Shown: positions 9,686-16,763, numbered from the stretch's first letter. The stretch is 32,000 nt of DNA from Candidatus Methanoperedens sp. (GCA_027460535.1 JAPZAR010000029.1:30001-62000), one strand, 5' to 3'. Made by a program: numbers and translations. The notes: generated by a model from the sequence alone, not told the origin.

Positions 9686-10618
9686 TTAGAAGTTATGTAT
9701 CTCTCTATGCTTTTTGAGGTAAGTTTTGTCTGGAATGTATTTTATAGGCATTCTAATCTTCTTCCCATTTAAATCAGAAATAGCGGTTGCAAGTATACTA
9801 CTCTTCGGCTTAAATGACTTTGTCACAATTACTTCATATTGATCAGAAATGGAGATTAACCCATTTTCGAAAGCGACATCATGGAGAACACAGAGACAAA
9901 TACCGTTTGTAGGATATGACGCTATTTTTATATCCTTGCTTACTGGCACAACGTGGCAACCTCTCAAAAACTGCCCATCATCAACATCGCACATGGCACA
10001 CTTACTTTGATAACACTCTAATAGTATATTACGAAAAGCCTGTTGAAAATTTCTGGTTTTAACCTTTCTCTCCGAAAATGTAGCACCCTTCCTTATACCT
10101 TCTTCATATTCCTGAATAATTTTGTCTTTTTTCACGACGTTCCATATTCCTAGCCCTCGCACCTTTTGTTCTGTTAAGGGCATGACGGTTGACAACCAAC
10201 CCTCTTGTTTATTGATTTTTTTTAGTTCTGTGCCCAGCCAGTTAACATGTAACGTGTGCTTATAGTCAACCGGTATAGGATTATAATAATATTCATCATC
10301 CACCTTACCAATCCCTGCAATTTCTTTTTGCCCTTTGTTAGCAATTATAATATCTCCCTTTTTAACATTTCTGAAGTCCAAAAGTTGTTGAGCATCTCGT
10401 GTTAGACGGGTTTTATAATTAGGGGCTGTGTAATAAGTATAATACGTTCGTAGTCTATCTTTAATTTGGTCTAAACTTAATTCTGATAAATCGCCGACCT
10501 TGGACCAGCCCATTGCAATTTTTTTCTCTTCAATGCAAATAGACCATTGCCTTTCCCAACCTCTGTGATCCCTTCCCCAATTCGACGGGGAGATTTTCAA
10601 ATAGCGAATATCTTTCAT
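9686..10618 (-). CDS. Two-domain protein: unassigned (possibly PUA-like/EVE-like) N-terminal domain fused to an HNH_2 nuclease. Candidate type IV (modification-dependent) restriction enzyme.
   Basis: 310 aa. The C-terminus CAMCDVDDGQFLRGCHVVPVSKD...TNGICLCVLHDVAFENGLISI fits the HNH_2 pattern (C..C...HI.P....NG..LC..H..FD.G). The N-terminal 160 aa (YLKISPSNWG...IAMGWSKVGDL...VKKGDIIIANKGQKEIAGIGKVDDEYYY) has a small beta-barrel reader-like pattern. The gene is visibly more AT-rich than its neighbours. Confidence 0.6.
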   Translation of the reverse strand: MKDIRYLKISPSNWGRDHRGWERQWSICIEEKKIAMGWSKVGDLSELSLDQIKDRLRTYYTYYTAPNYKTRLTRDAQQLLDFRNVKKGDIIIANKGQKEIAGIGKVDDEYYYNPIPVDYKHTLHVNWLGTELKKINKQEGWLSTVMPLTEQKVRGLGIWNVVKKDKIIQEYEEGIRKGATFSERKVKTRNFQQAFRNILLECYQSKCAMCDVDDGQFLRGCHVVPVSKDIKIASYPTNGICLCVLHDVAFENGLISISDQYEVIVTKSFKPKSSILATAISDLNGKKIRMPIKYIPDKTYLKKHREIHNF

Positions 10619-10789
10619 TTTAAACCCGCAATTATTTGGAACCTCACTAATAAAAGTCTATTGAAACATAAATCTTATCACAATAGGATTTTCAGGTATT
10701 TTTGGGATTCCTCTATCGAGATTTACATAAAATCCCTATAGATACCGAAAAAAATTCGCTATGCAACCCATCCTTAGTGTAATTTTTAC

Positions 10790-11080
10790 GACCAATTTTG
10801 ACAATCTACTAATCACCCTCACGCAAAATTCAGACGAGCGCCCATTGGCCCGGCGCGCCCGATGAATCGGGTGTGGTTGGGCGACCCTGCGAACTGCGCA
10901 GAGTCGTGGGGTATGTTTCCACGTTTGAAATTGTTCACGAAAAAAGGATGCCCGAAACCTCAGAGATACTCCGCTCACGCAAAAGAATATCCGCAGGGTG
11001 CCTCAGGTAAAGGAACTTGCGCCCTTTGTGGTGATTGTCGATACCCACATGAACTGTGTTCACAAATCCAATGAAAAAGA
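10790..11080. other. Unassigned GC-rich, structure-rich noncoding segment (candidate structured RNA or gene relic)
   Basis: There is a sharp compositional jump relative to the flanks. Only low-complexity, Arg/His/Cys-rich, mutually overlapping ORFs are present. Nested complementarity: CGCCCA 10839-10844 with TGGGCG 10878-10883, enclosing the palindrome CCCGATGAATCGGG at 10858-10871. Hairpin CTGCG-AACTG-CGCAG at 10887-10901. ACCCTGCG 10884-10891 is complementary to CGCAGGGT 10992-10999. Direct repeat CTCACGCAAAA at 10818-10828 and 10974-10984. Confidence 0.3.
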
Positions 11081-11082
11081 TA

Positions 11083-11165
11083 GAACACAGATTCCACGGA
11101 TAACACGGATTGGCACGGATTAAAGATATCCGTGAATATCCGTCGAATCCGTGTCATCCGTGTTC
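11083..11165. repeat. Heptamer-array palindrome: three CACGGAT followed by four ATCCGT(G/C)
   Basis: CACGGAT at 11095-11101, 11104-11110 and 11114-11120. Its complement ATCCGTG at 11128-11134, 11147-11153 and 11156-11162, plus ATCCGTC at 11138-11144. Spacers are 2-3 nt, so the arms can form an interrupted hairpin or cruciform of about 70 nt. Confidence 0.7.
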
Positions 11166-11205
11166 CCTGCCTCATTGGCAGCACTTTTTCATAGCAGAAG
11201 TAAGC

Positions 11206-11219
11206 AAAAAATAAATAAT
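11206..11219 (-). terminator. Oligo-T tract downstream of the DUF190/crcB operon
   Basis: The minus strand reads TTATTTATTTTTTG about 60-75 nt after the stop at 11281. Archaeal terminators are typically oligo-T. Confidence 0.35.
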
Positions 11220-11280
11220 CTACCAGCCCGTAACGGTATCGGTTTTTACAGGATTCTAATCAACTATACCCTGCAATTCA

Positions 11281-11610
11281 TCATGCTTCATACTCATGCC
11301 CCGTCACAATATTCACATCCTGGATCGTTATCAGTTCGTTCTTTGTCATTTTCTTAATTTCAGGAAGAACAGCCATCAACCTATCTTCGGTATCCACCAC
11401 CTCGATGATTATCGGAAGGTCTTCGCTCAAGCGCATGATGCTTGGGGTATGGATGATGCTGTGCACACCATATCCTTCAAAACCCCGGAATACCGTTGCG
11501 CCTGCTATACCTTTGCGTCTTAGATATTCAATAATCGCATGATATGTTGGCTTACCCTCCTGCCTGTTTGACTCTCCAAGGTATATCCGCAACATTTTTG
11601 CTTTCATCAT
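11281..11610 (-). CDS. DUF190 (PII-like) protein associated with CrcB
   Basis: 109 aa: MLRIYLGESNRQEGKPTYHAIIEYLRRKGIAGATVFRGFEGYG...LSEDLPIIIEVVDTEDRL matches the DUF190 family. It lies directly downstream of two crcB genes. Confidence 0.8.
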   Translation of the reverse strand: MMKAKMLRIYLGESNRQEGKPTYHAIIEYLRRKGIAGATVFRGFEGYGVHSIIHTPSIMRLSEDLPIIIEVVDTEDRLMAVLPEIKKMTKNELITIQDVNIVTGHEYEA

Positions 11611-11633
11611 TCCTCCATAATTCCTTTACAAAC

Positions 11634-11981
11634 TTACATTACCATCAATTTACCTGCAATTACACCGCCACCGCACAGGATCAGGCTCAACAATATGTTA
11701 GCAGCAAAAATCCGGGACTCACCACGTTCAAGCAGCCGGAAGCTCTCATAGCTGAATGTTGAAAACGTTGTAAATCCTCCAAGTATGCCTGCATCTGCAA
11801 AATATGGCAGCGGGTTTGAGCCGTACGTTATTATGGAAAGCAGGGCGGAACCTGTAAAATTCACGAGCAGGGTTCCCGTGGGCAGGTCTTTCCAGACCGG
11901 GAATATTCCGGAAACAATATACCTGAGAATAGCTCCAAGCGCGCCTCCTGCCCCAACAAGAAGGATAAGTGCAATGTTCAT
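11634..11981 (-). CDS. crcB: Fluoride channel CrcB/Fluc, paralog 2
   Basis: I set the start at MNIALILLVGAGGALGAILRY (ATG 11981-11979), which forms an ATGA overlap with the upstream crcB stop. The protein is 115 aa with GGFTTFSTFSYE, the CrcB signature. The 165-aa track ORF extends spuriously upstream into the preceding gene. Confidence 0.8.
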   Translation of the reverse strand: MNIALILLVGAGGALGAILRYIVSGIFPVWKDLPTGTLLVNFTGSALLSIITYGSNPLPYFADAGILGGFTTFSTFSYESFRLLERGESRIFAANILLSLILCGGGVIAGKLMVM

Positions 11982-12334
11982 GTTCCCAGCCCCTTCATTG
12001 CCATGGCTCGTCCGGCAAAAACCGCGAAAAGGCAGGCAATTATATTTGCAGATATATTCCATGCAGCAGGTGCTGCGGAATATTGAAGTGTCTGCAGCAT
12101 GAAAGTCGAAAATGTTGTTAAGCCCCCGCAAAAACCTATCCCGGCAAGGTATCTTTCCCTCTCGCTGAAAAAACCAAGTTCAGTTCCGTACATCAGGTAA
12201 CCAAGGATGAAACTTCCGAGGACATTGACAATTAAGGTACCCCCCACTCCCTGAAAATACTGGAAAATAAGTTCCCTCAAAGCAGAACCCAAAAACCCAC
12301 CAATGATGATGTAAGAAAATCTCGTTTTTTCCAT
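11978..12334 (-). CDS. crcB: Fluoride channel CrcB/Fluc, paralog 1
   Basis: 118 aa: IIIGGFLGSALRE...NVLGSFILG...CGGLTTFSTFMLQT, the CrcB family pattern. Confidence 0.85.
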   Translation of the reverse strand: MEKTRFSYIIIGGFLGSALRELIFQYFQGVGGTLIVNVLGSFILGYLMYGTELGFFSERERYLAGIGFCGGLTTFSTFMLQTLQYSAAPAAWNISANIIACLFAVFAGRAMAMKGLGT

Positions 12335-12419
12335 TTTTTCGCTTGTTTATATTTTAAATAAATAATTTCCATTGTGTCTGCCACCTTACGGAATGGAGCA
12401 GAATCGTATTGTTTTATAA

Positions 12420-12506
12420 CGGGCGCGGAGGGAATTGAACCCCCGACCTACAGCTTGCTCCTTAGAAATTAGGAGGCTGCCGCCATATCCTCTAGGCCAC
12501 GCGCCC
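12420..12506 (-). tRNA. tRNA-Arg(CCU) with a 14-nt intron at the canonical 37/38 position
   Basis: Hand-folded cloverleaf on the minus strand. Acceptor GGGCGCG/CGCGCCC. D arm GCC(T)-AGAGGATA-(T)GGC. Anticodon stem GCAGC/GCTGT with loop CTCCTA|A, anticodon CCT at 12473-12471. The 14-nt intron ATTTCTAAGGAGCA contains AGGAG, which can pair with the anticodon region. T arm GGGGG-TTCAATT-CCCTC. Confidence 0.85.
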
Positions 12507-12570
12507 TCTGGTTCGCTCCTAAATATCAGTGTGTTATCTTTAACTTATCGCCTTTATGAAAGAAAGGGTT

Positions 12571-12580
12571 AAGTATATTT
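12571..12580 (+). promoter_or_regulatory. TATA-box-like element upstream of tRNA-Tyr
   Basis: AAGTATATTT is centred about 25 nt upstream of the mature 5' end at 12600, the expected archaeal TATA spacing. Confidence 0.4.
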
Positions 12581-12599
12581 GTGCTTATTCAAAGGCAAT

Positions 12600-12710
12600 C
12601 CCGCCTTAACTCAGTGGCTAGAGTGCGCGGCTGTAGTATGGTTCATGTGCATATGCACACAATACCGCGCAGGCACCGCGAAGTCCCCGGTTCGAGTCTG
12701 GGAGGCGGGA
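12600..12710 (+). tRNA. tRNA-Tyr(GUA) with a 38-nt intron
   Basis: Acceptor CCCGCCT/AGGCGGG, giving the C1-G72 pair that is the archaeal/eukaryal tRNA-Tyr identity element. D arm ACTC-AGTGGCTA-GAGT. Anticodon stem CGCGG (12626-12630) with CCGCG (12676-12680), loop CTGTAG|A, anticodon GTA at 12633-12635. Intron at 12637-12674. T arm CCCGG-TTCGAGT-CTGGG. Discriminator A at 12710. Confidence 0.85.
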
Positions 12711-12721
12711 TTTTATTTTTT
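12711..12721 (+). terminator. Oligo-T terminator after tRNA-Tyr
   Basis: TTTTATTTTTT follows the tRNA 3' end immediately. Confidence 0.5.
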
Positions 12722-12778
12722 ATAATAATATTAACAAATAAGTGAATTATTTAAAGCCAAAGCGCAAATAAGCCCATT

Positions 12779-13690
12779 ATGCTGCGAGTGACTTTTCTCG
12801 GGACAGGAGGCACCCTGCCTACGCCGAACCGCAACCCTTCTGCCATACTTGTCAACAGGGAAGGAGATATGATGCTTTTTGACTGCGGCGAGGGCACGCA
12901 GCAGCAGATGATGCGAGGCAAAGTGGGCATGAAGATAAATTCCATCTTCATTACTCATTTCCATGCCGACCATTTTCTCGGGATCCCGGGACTAATACAG
13001 ACCATGTCTTTTAACGGAAGGACTGAACCGCTTGAAATATACGGGCCGGAGTGGACCAAGCAGATGGTACATCTCCTCATGGAGCTGGGTTACTACAAGC
13101 TCGGTTTTCCCATAAACGCGCATGAACTGGAAAATGGGTCTACGATTGATAAAGGAGAATATTTTATAAAGGCTGTTGCCACAGATCATGGCATTCCCAG
13201 CCTTGGCTATGTGCTTGAGGAAAAAAAACGTATCGGCAGGTTTAACAAGGAAAAAGCTATCGAACTCGGGGTTCCGGTGGGGCATCTTTTTTCAAAGCTC
13301 CAGAATGGGGAGTCTGTCATGATAAATGGCAGAAAAATCTTGCCCTCCCAGGTATTAGGGAAAAGCCGTCCCGGCCGAAAACTGGTTTACAGCGGGGACA
13401 CGCGGCCCTGTGGATCAATTGCCCGGGAAAGCTTGGGAGCGGACCTTCTTATCCACGACGGGACGCTTGCCGATGAGCTGAAGGAGTGGGCTCTTGAAAC
13501 AAAACATTCGACATCGGGGGAAGCCGCAGCTCTTGCGAAAAAAGCAAAAGTAAAGCAATTGATATTGACACATGTCAGTTCCAGGTACTCGGAAAATGTA
13601 GAGATGCTATACCGTGATGCAAAGAGCGTATTTGAAAATGTCAAAATCGCAGAAGAATTCATGGAAATAGAAATACCTCTCAGTGAATAA
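12779..13690 (+). CDS. rnz: Ribonuclease Z (tRNA 3' endonuclease)
   Basis: 303 aa metallo-beta-lactamase fold. Starts MLRVTFLGTGGTLPTPNRNPSAILV, has the HxHxDH motif ITHFHADHFLGIPGL, and ends ...LILTHVSSRY. Confidence 0.9.
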   Translation: MLRVTFLGTGGTLPTPNRNPSAILVNREGDMMLFDCGEGTQQQMMRGKVGMKINSIFITHFHADHFLGIPGLIQTMSFNGRTEPLEIYGPEWTKQMVHLLMELGYYKLGFPINAHELENGSTIDKGEYFIKAVATDHGIPSLGYVLEEKKRIGRFNKEKAIELGVPVGHLFSKLQNGESVMINGRKILPSQVLGKSRPGRKLVYSGDTRPCGSIARESLGADLLIHDGTLADELKEWALETKHSTSGEAAALAKKAKVKQLILTHVSSRYSENVEMLYRDAKSVFENVKIAEEFMEIEIPLSE

Positions 13691-13726
13691 ATAAACATTA
13701 AATACACGCAGGTATATACCTCATAG

Positions 13727-14074
13727 GTGATGGTATTGAACGCTTCTTTGTTGAAATTCAAACTGGACATTGAAAGAATAGGGCACATAATTGACCTGGA
13801 TGAGTTCAAAATAAAAGAAGCCAGCGAACAAGGAAAGAGCACACTGATCTCTTCGAAATTCTTTAATAAAGGGGTTTACAGGGTGCGCAATACAAAGAAC
13901 GGGCGCCTTGAGACTATTGCTGTGAATATTGATAAAATAGCGGCTGTCACATACGAAGGGCTCAAAAAAGAATTGGGGGAGGGCTGCGTTGACAAACTCC
14001 TCTGGAAGGATGTCCCTGAGGGCGAACCCATATTTTTCTATTCGCTTAAGCTTGAGAACGATTTTGTAAAATAA
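13727..14074 (+). CDS. Hypothetical protein
   Basis: 115 aa ORF that fills the gap between rnz and the AMP phosphorylase gene. No recognised motif. Confidence 0.45.
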   Translation: MMVLNASLLKFKLDIERIGHIIDLDEFKIKEASEQGKSTLISSKFFNKGVYRVRNTKNGRLETIAVNIDKIAAVTYEGLKKELGEGCVDKLLWKDVPEGEPIFFYSLKLENDFVK

Positions 14075-14077
14075 ACT

Positions 14078-15595
14078 CTAAAAGACCTTCGTTGCCTGGA
14101 CTCTCTCTAAAAGCATGCCTTCCACAATTATGGGGAAGTCCGTCTCCGCACTCTTTAATGCATTTGTTAGTTTCCAGCTCTTGTCAGCGAAAATCGTTAT
14201 CAGGGGTTCACCTTTCTTAACGATCTCACCTTTTTTCTTATGGATCCACACCCCCGACCCTCTGTCAATGGGGGCTCCCGCAATCCTCGCTATCTCCACG
14301 ATTCTTTTATTGTCGAATTCAATAACATAACCTTCTGCCGGGGATGCAAGCTCAGCCCTATGTTCACCCGGTTTTATATCGGCATATGTTATTTTAGGAT
14401 TTCCACCCTGTGCCTCTATGATTTCCCTTAATTTGCCCAGAGCCTTGCCTGAACGAAGTGTTTCCATCGCTATATCCTTACCGTGCCCTTTGGCCGCTGC
14501 TCCGCCCATTTCAAGCAAGATGCCGGCAAGTGCCGTACTCTTTTCAATAAGGCTGTTAGGCCCCTGCATTGTTTCCAGTACTTTGAGAGCCTCCCTGACC
14601 TCGATTGCCGGACCGACCGTCCTTCCGACCGGTGAGGCGCCGTAGGTCATGGCGCATTCCACACTCATCCCGAGCCTTTCTCCCAGTTCGATCAAGTCCC
14701 TTGCCAGTTTTTTTCCCTCCTGAATCGTGGGAACTTTTGTCCCGCTGCCGATGGGTATATCGATGACGACACAGTCTGCGCCAACTGCCCCCTTTTTCGC
14801 CATTATGGACGCAAGAAGCTGGTTATGGGGGTCTATCCCGAGTGGATATTCAGCATGTATCAGCTTGTCATCAGCCGGAGCTATATTTGTAGCGCCACCC
14901 CATGCGATCACGCCTCCTACCTTCTCTGTAATGGATTTTATTTCCTCGGCCCCGAATTCTACTGGTGCAAGCACTTCCATAAGGTCAGCTGTGCCTGCCG
15001 CGCCGGTAATGGCCCGTGAGCTTGTCTTGGGTATCAGGAGACCGTTCGCAGCTATTATGGGTACGACCAGCAGCGATATTTTATTCCCAGGTACACCCCC
15101 GATGCTGTGCTTGTCCACAATGGGATGGGTATCGAATTCGATCTTCTCGCCCGTATCGATCATTGCCCTTGTGAGCCATTCGACCTCATCCGAGCTCATT
15201 CCGTGGATGTATGAAGAGGTAACGAATGCAGACAACTCTATTTCCGTAAGGTTATCCCTGACAATATCCTGGACGATCTGGTATATCTCTTCCTGCGTCA
15301 GCTTCTGGTGATCCATATATTTTTTAATGAAGCCGACGGAGCTGGGTCTTGAAGTGGGTATGATATCTACTGTAAGTGGGCATATCTTTCCAAGTTTCTC
15401 GCAACATTCCTGGTATACCCCTAGGTTACCTCTTTGAATCATATCGCCTGTTTCAACGATCGCAGTGATATAACTATGATCTTTTAATTGAACTCGGTCG
15501 CCGCCGCGAACCCCCAGTTCCTTAGCATCTTCGGTATTTAGGACAACCTTGAATTTTCCTGCCTTTATTTGAAGTGGTTGGACTTTTAATTCCAT
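14078..15595 (-). CDS. deoA: AMP phosphorylase (archaeal thymidine-phosphorylase-family enzyme)
   Basis: 505 aa. It has the characteristic N-terminal extension MELKVQPLQIKAGKFKVVLNTEDAKELGVRGGDRVQLK ahead of the glycosyltransferase core (DKHSIGGVPGNK, TSSRAITGAAGTAD) and a C-terminal alpha/beta domain. This size and layout match archaeal AMP phosphorylase. Confidence 0.8.
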   Translation of the reverse strand: MELKVQPLQIKAGKFKVVLNTEDAKELGVRGGDRVQLKDHSYITAIVETGDMIQRGNLGVYQECCEKLGKICPLTVDIIPTSRPSSVGFIKKYMDHQKLTQEEIYQIVQDIVRDNLTEIELSAFVTSSYIHGMSSDEVEWLTRAMIDTGEKIEFDTHPIVDKHSIGGVPGNKISLLVVPIIAANGLLIPKTSSRAITGAAGTADLMEVLAPVEFGAEEIKSITEKVGGVIAWGGATNIAPADDKLIHAEYPLGIDPHNQLLASIMAKKGAVGADCVVIDIPIGSGTKVPTIQEGKKLARDLIELGERLGMSVECAMTYGASPVGRTVGPAIEVREALKVLETMQGPNSLIEKSTALAGILLEMGGAAAKGHGKDIAMETLRSGKALGKLREIIEAQGGNPKITYADIKPGEHRAELASPAEGYVIEFDNKRIVEIARIAGAPIDRGSGVWIHKKKGEIVKKGEPLITIFADKSWKLTNALKSAETDFPIIVEGMLLERVQATKVF

Positions 15596-15805
15596 TTTAT
15601 CGTACCCTTGTTCAGTCTATATTTACTGTTTGCAATATTTAGGATATAATTTTTTAATGTTTTTAGAGACATTTGTTAAACAGTGCCATTTTTAATAACA
15701 TTCTTACTAATACCAAAAATAGGCTCTTATTCGATAAAAAGCTTTATATTAATAGATATCAAAGTAATACTAAAATAATTTATTATAAAAAGGAGATTAG
15801 AAATT

Positions 15806-15955
15806 ATGGGTAAAGTTGTAAAGCTCCGGAAGTCGGGCAAAAGCCTGATCATAACCATACCAATGGCAATAGCTGAAATGTTTAACCTCAAAGAAGGATC
15901 GTTGGTAGAGATTGAGCCATTTACCTCTAGCTCCATGCAGCTTAAGGTAAAATGA
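15806..15955 (+). CDS. AbrB/MazE/SpoVT-type DNA-binding protein (49 aa)
   Basis: Below the ORF-track size cutoff. AAGGAG lies 11 nt upstream of the ATG. The product MGKVVKLRKSGKSLIITIPMAIAEMFNLKEGSLVEIEPFTSSSMQLKVK matches the swapped-hairpin SpoVT/AbrB pattern (..G.S..v.iP....e...l..Gd.v.i). No toxin-like partner ORF follows. Confidence 0.65.
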   Translation: MGKVVKLRKSGKSLIITIPMAIAEMFNLKEGSLVEIEPFTSSSMQLKVK

Positions 15956-16009
15956 CCGTTACTTTTACCTATCCCTTCCGGAGATAAACCATCCGGTTGA
16001 TAAATATGC

Positions 16010-16318
16010 TCACCCATTTTTAAACATTCTACTCCAGATTTCTGTCCCTTCCTCCGCATATATCTGTGATTTCACAATTAGCATCTTATTGTAAAGTGCC
16101 ATGATAAATGCTATCAGGAAGACAACCTGTGTTATCTCGGCAATATAATAGGTGTTTAGCACATCTCCTGCATCTCTGAACCAAATCGTAAACTTGATTA
16201 GTATATTTAGAGCAAACCCTGCTCCAGCAACTGAAATATATATCCAAGTTCGCTCCAGCACTGCCTTGTCAAGAAATAAATCAGTATTTGATAAGTCCCT
16301 GTCCGCTTTGCGTATCAT
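16010..16318 (-). CDS. Hypothetical membrane protein, possibly the 3' part of a frameshifted gene
   Basis: 102 aa with two TM helices. The same frame stays open upstream through another TM-like stretch (LEILTKGLVEVFLEIFTACAAFILIILIGQILF) that has no ATG, GTG or TTG. Confidence 0.4.
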   Translation of the reverse strand: MIRKADRDLSNTDLFLDKAVLERTWIYISVAGAGFALNILIKFTIWFRDAGDVLNTYYIAEITQVVFLIAFIMALYNKMLIVKSQIYAEEGTEIWSRMFKNG

Positions 16319-16763
16319 AAAGAGAATCTGCCCAATGAGGATGATTAAAATAAACGCAGCACATGCAGTAAATATTTCTAAGAAAACCTCAACAAGCCCT
16401 TTTGTTAAAATCTCTAATTCCTCCTTTATGAAATTTTATGAGCAGGTCATTTGAAGTTATACCTTCCGAAACAATAACAAACGAACCTATGACTGCTATT
16501 AAAAATAGTACATTCAAATTATATTTCACCATAGTACCATCAAAGTTTAATTACCTATATAATATTTATAACTGTCGATACATGCAACTTAAGGTAAAAT
16601 AAATTTATAAGTCATCGGCAAATAGGTTGTATTTAGCACTATTGATTAATCCGCAGGATGTTTTCATGATTAGTTCTCAGGCTGTCATCTCCTCTATTAG
16701 GGTATCAAAAAACAAAGAACGGGCGCGAAAACATGATCCGACTCGTATGGGGTAAAGCCGGGA

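Noticed and set aside
10790-11170. Possibility that the GC-rich segment is SRP RNA, RNase P RNA, a C/D-box sRNA, a group II intron domain or a replication origin
   Set aside because: I could not find the conserved SRP helix-8 GGAAGG/GNAR elements, the RNase P GAGGAAAGUCC motif, RUGAUGA...CUGA boxes or a domain V-like hairpin. No RT, cdc6 or orc1 gene is nearby. The question stays open pending a covariance-model search.
10736-11184. Three overlapping track ORFs (10736-10978 minus, 10862-11074 plus, 10975-11184 minus)
   Set aside because: They overlap one another and encode Arg/His/Cys/Pro-rich strings with no domain-like pattern. The '...TRMTRIRRIFTDI...' peptide is just the translation of the heptamer repeat. 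The region is treated as noncoding.
11982-12131. N-terminal 50-aa extension of the track ORF 11634-12131
   Set aside because: The extension overlaps the upstream crcB gene in another frame and is not CrcB-like. The internal ATG at 11981 gives a normal 115-aa CrcB with an ATGA coupling overlap.
12335-12419. Fluoride (crcB-motif) riboswitch upstream of crcB
   Set aside because: The conserved sequence blocks of the motif, as I remember them, are not present. It is reported only as a leader hairpin.
15727-16059. 110-aa minus-strand ORF
   Set aside because: It is antisense to the well-supported AbrB-type gene (good RBS, clear family pattern) and has no features of its own.
15934-16602. 22-nt near-repeat CATGCAGCTTAAGGTAAAATGA (15934-15955) and CATGCAACTTAAGGTAAAATAA (16581-16602), as possible att or target-duplication sites bracketing a 650-bp insert
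   Set aside because: The match is 20 of 22 in AT-rich sequence and does not extend. No integrase or transposase lies between the copies. A chance match cannot be excluded, so it is not called.
13892-16726. Exact 15-mer ACAAAGAACGGGCGC at 13892-13906 and 16712-16726
   Set aside because: Roughly one exact 15-mer match is expected by chance among all position pairs in a 32-kb window on both strands. The flanks show only weak similarity and the reading frames differ.
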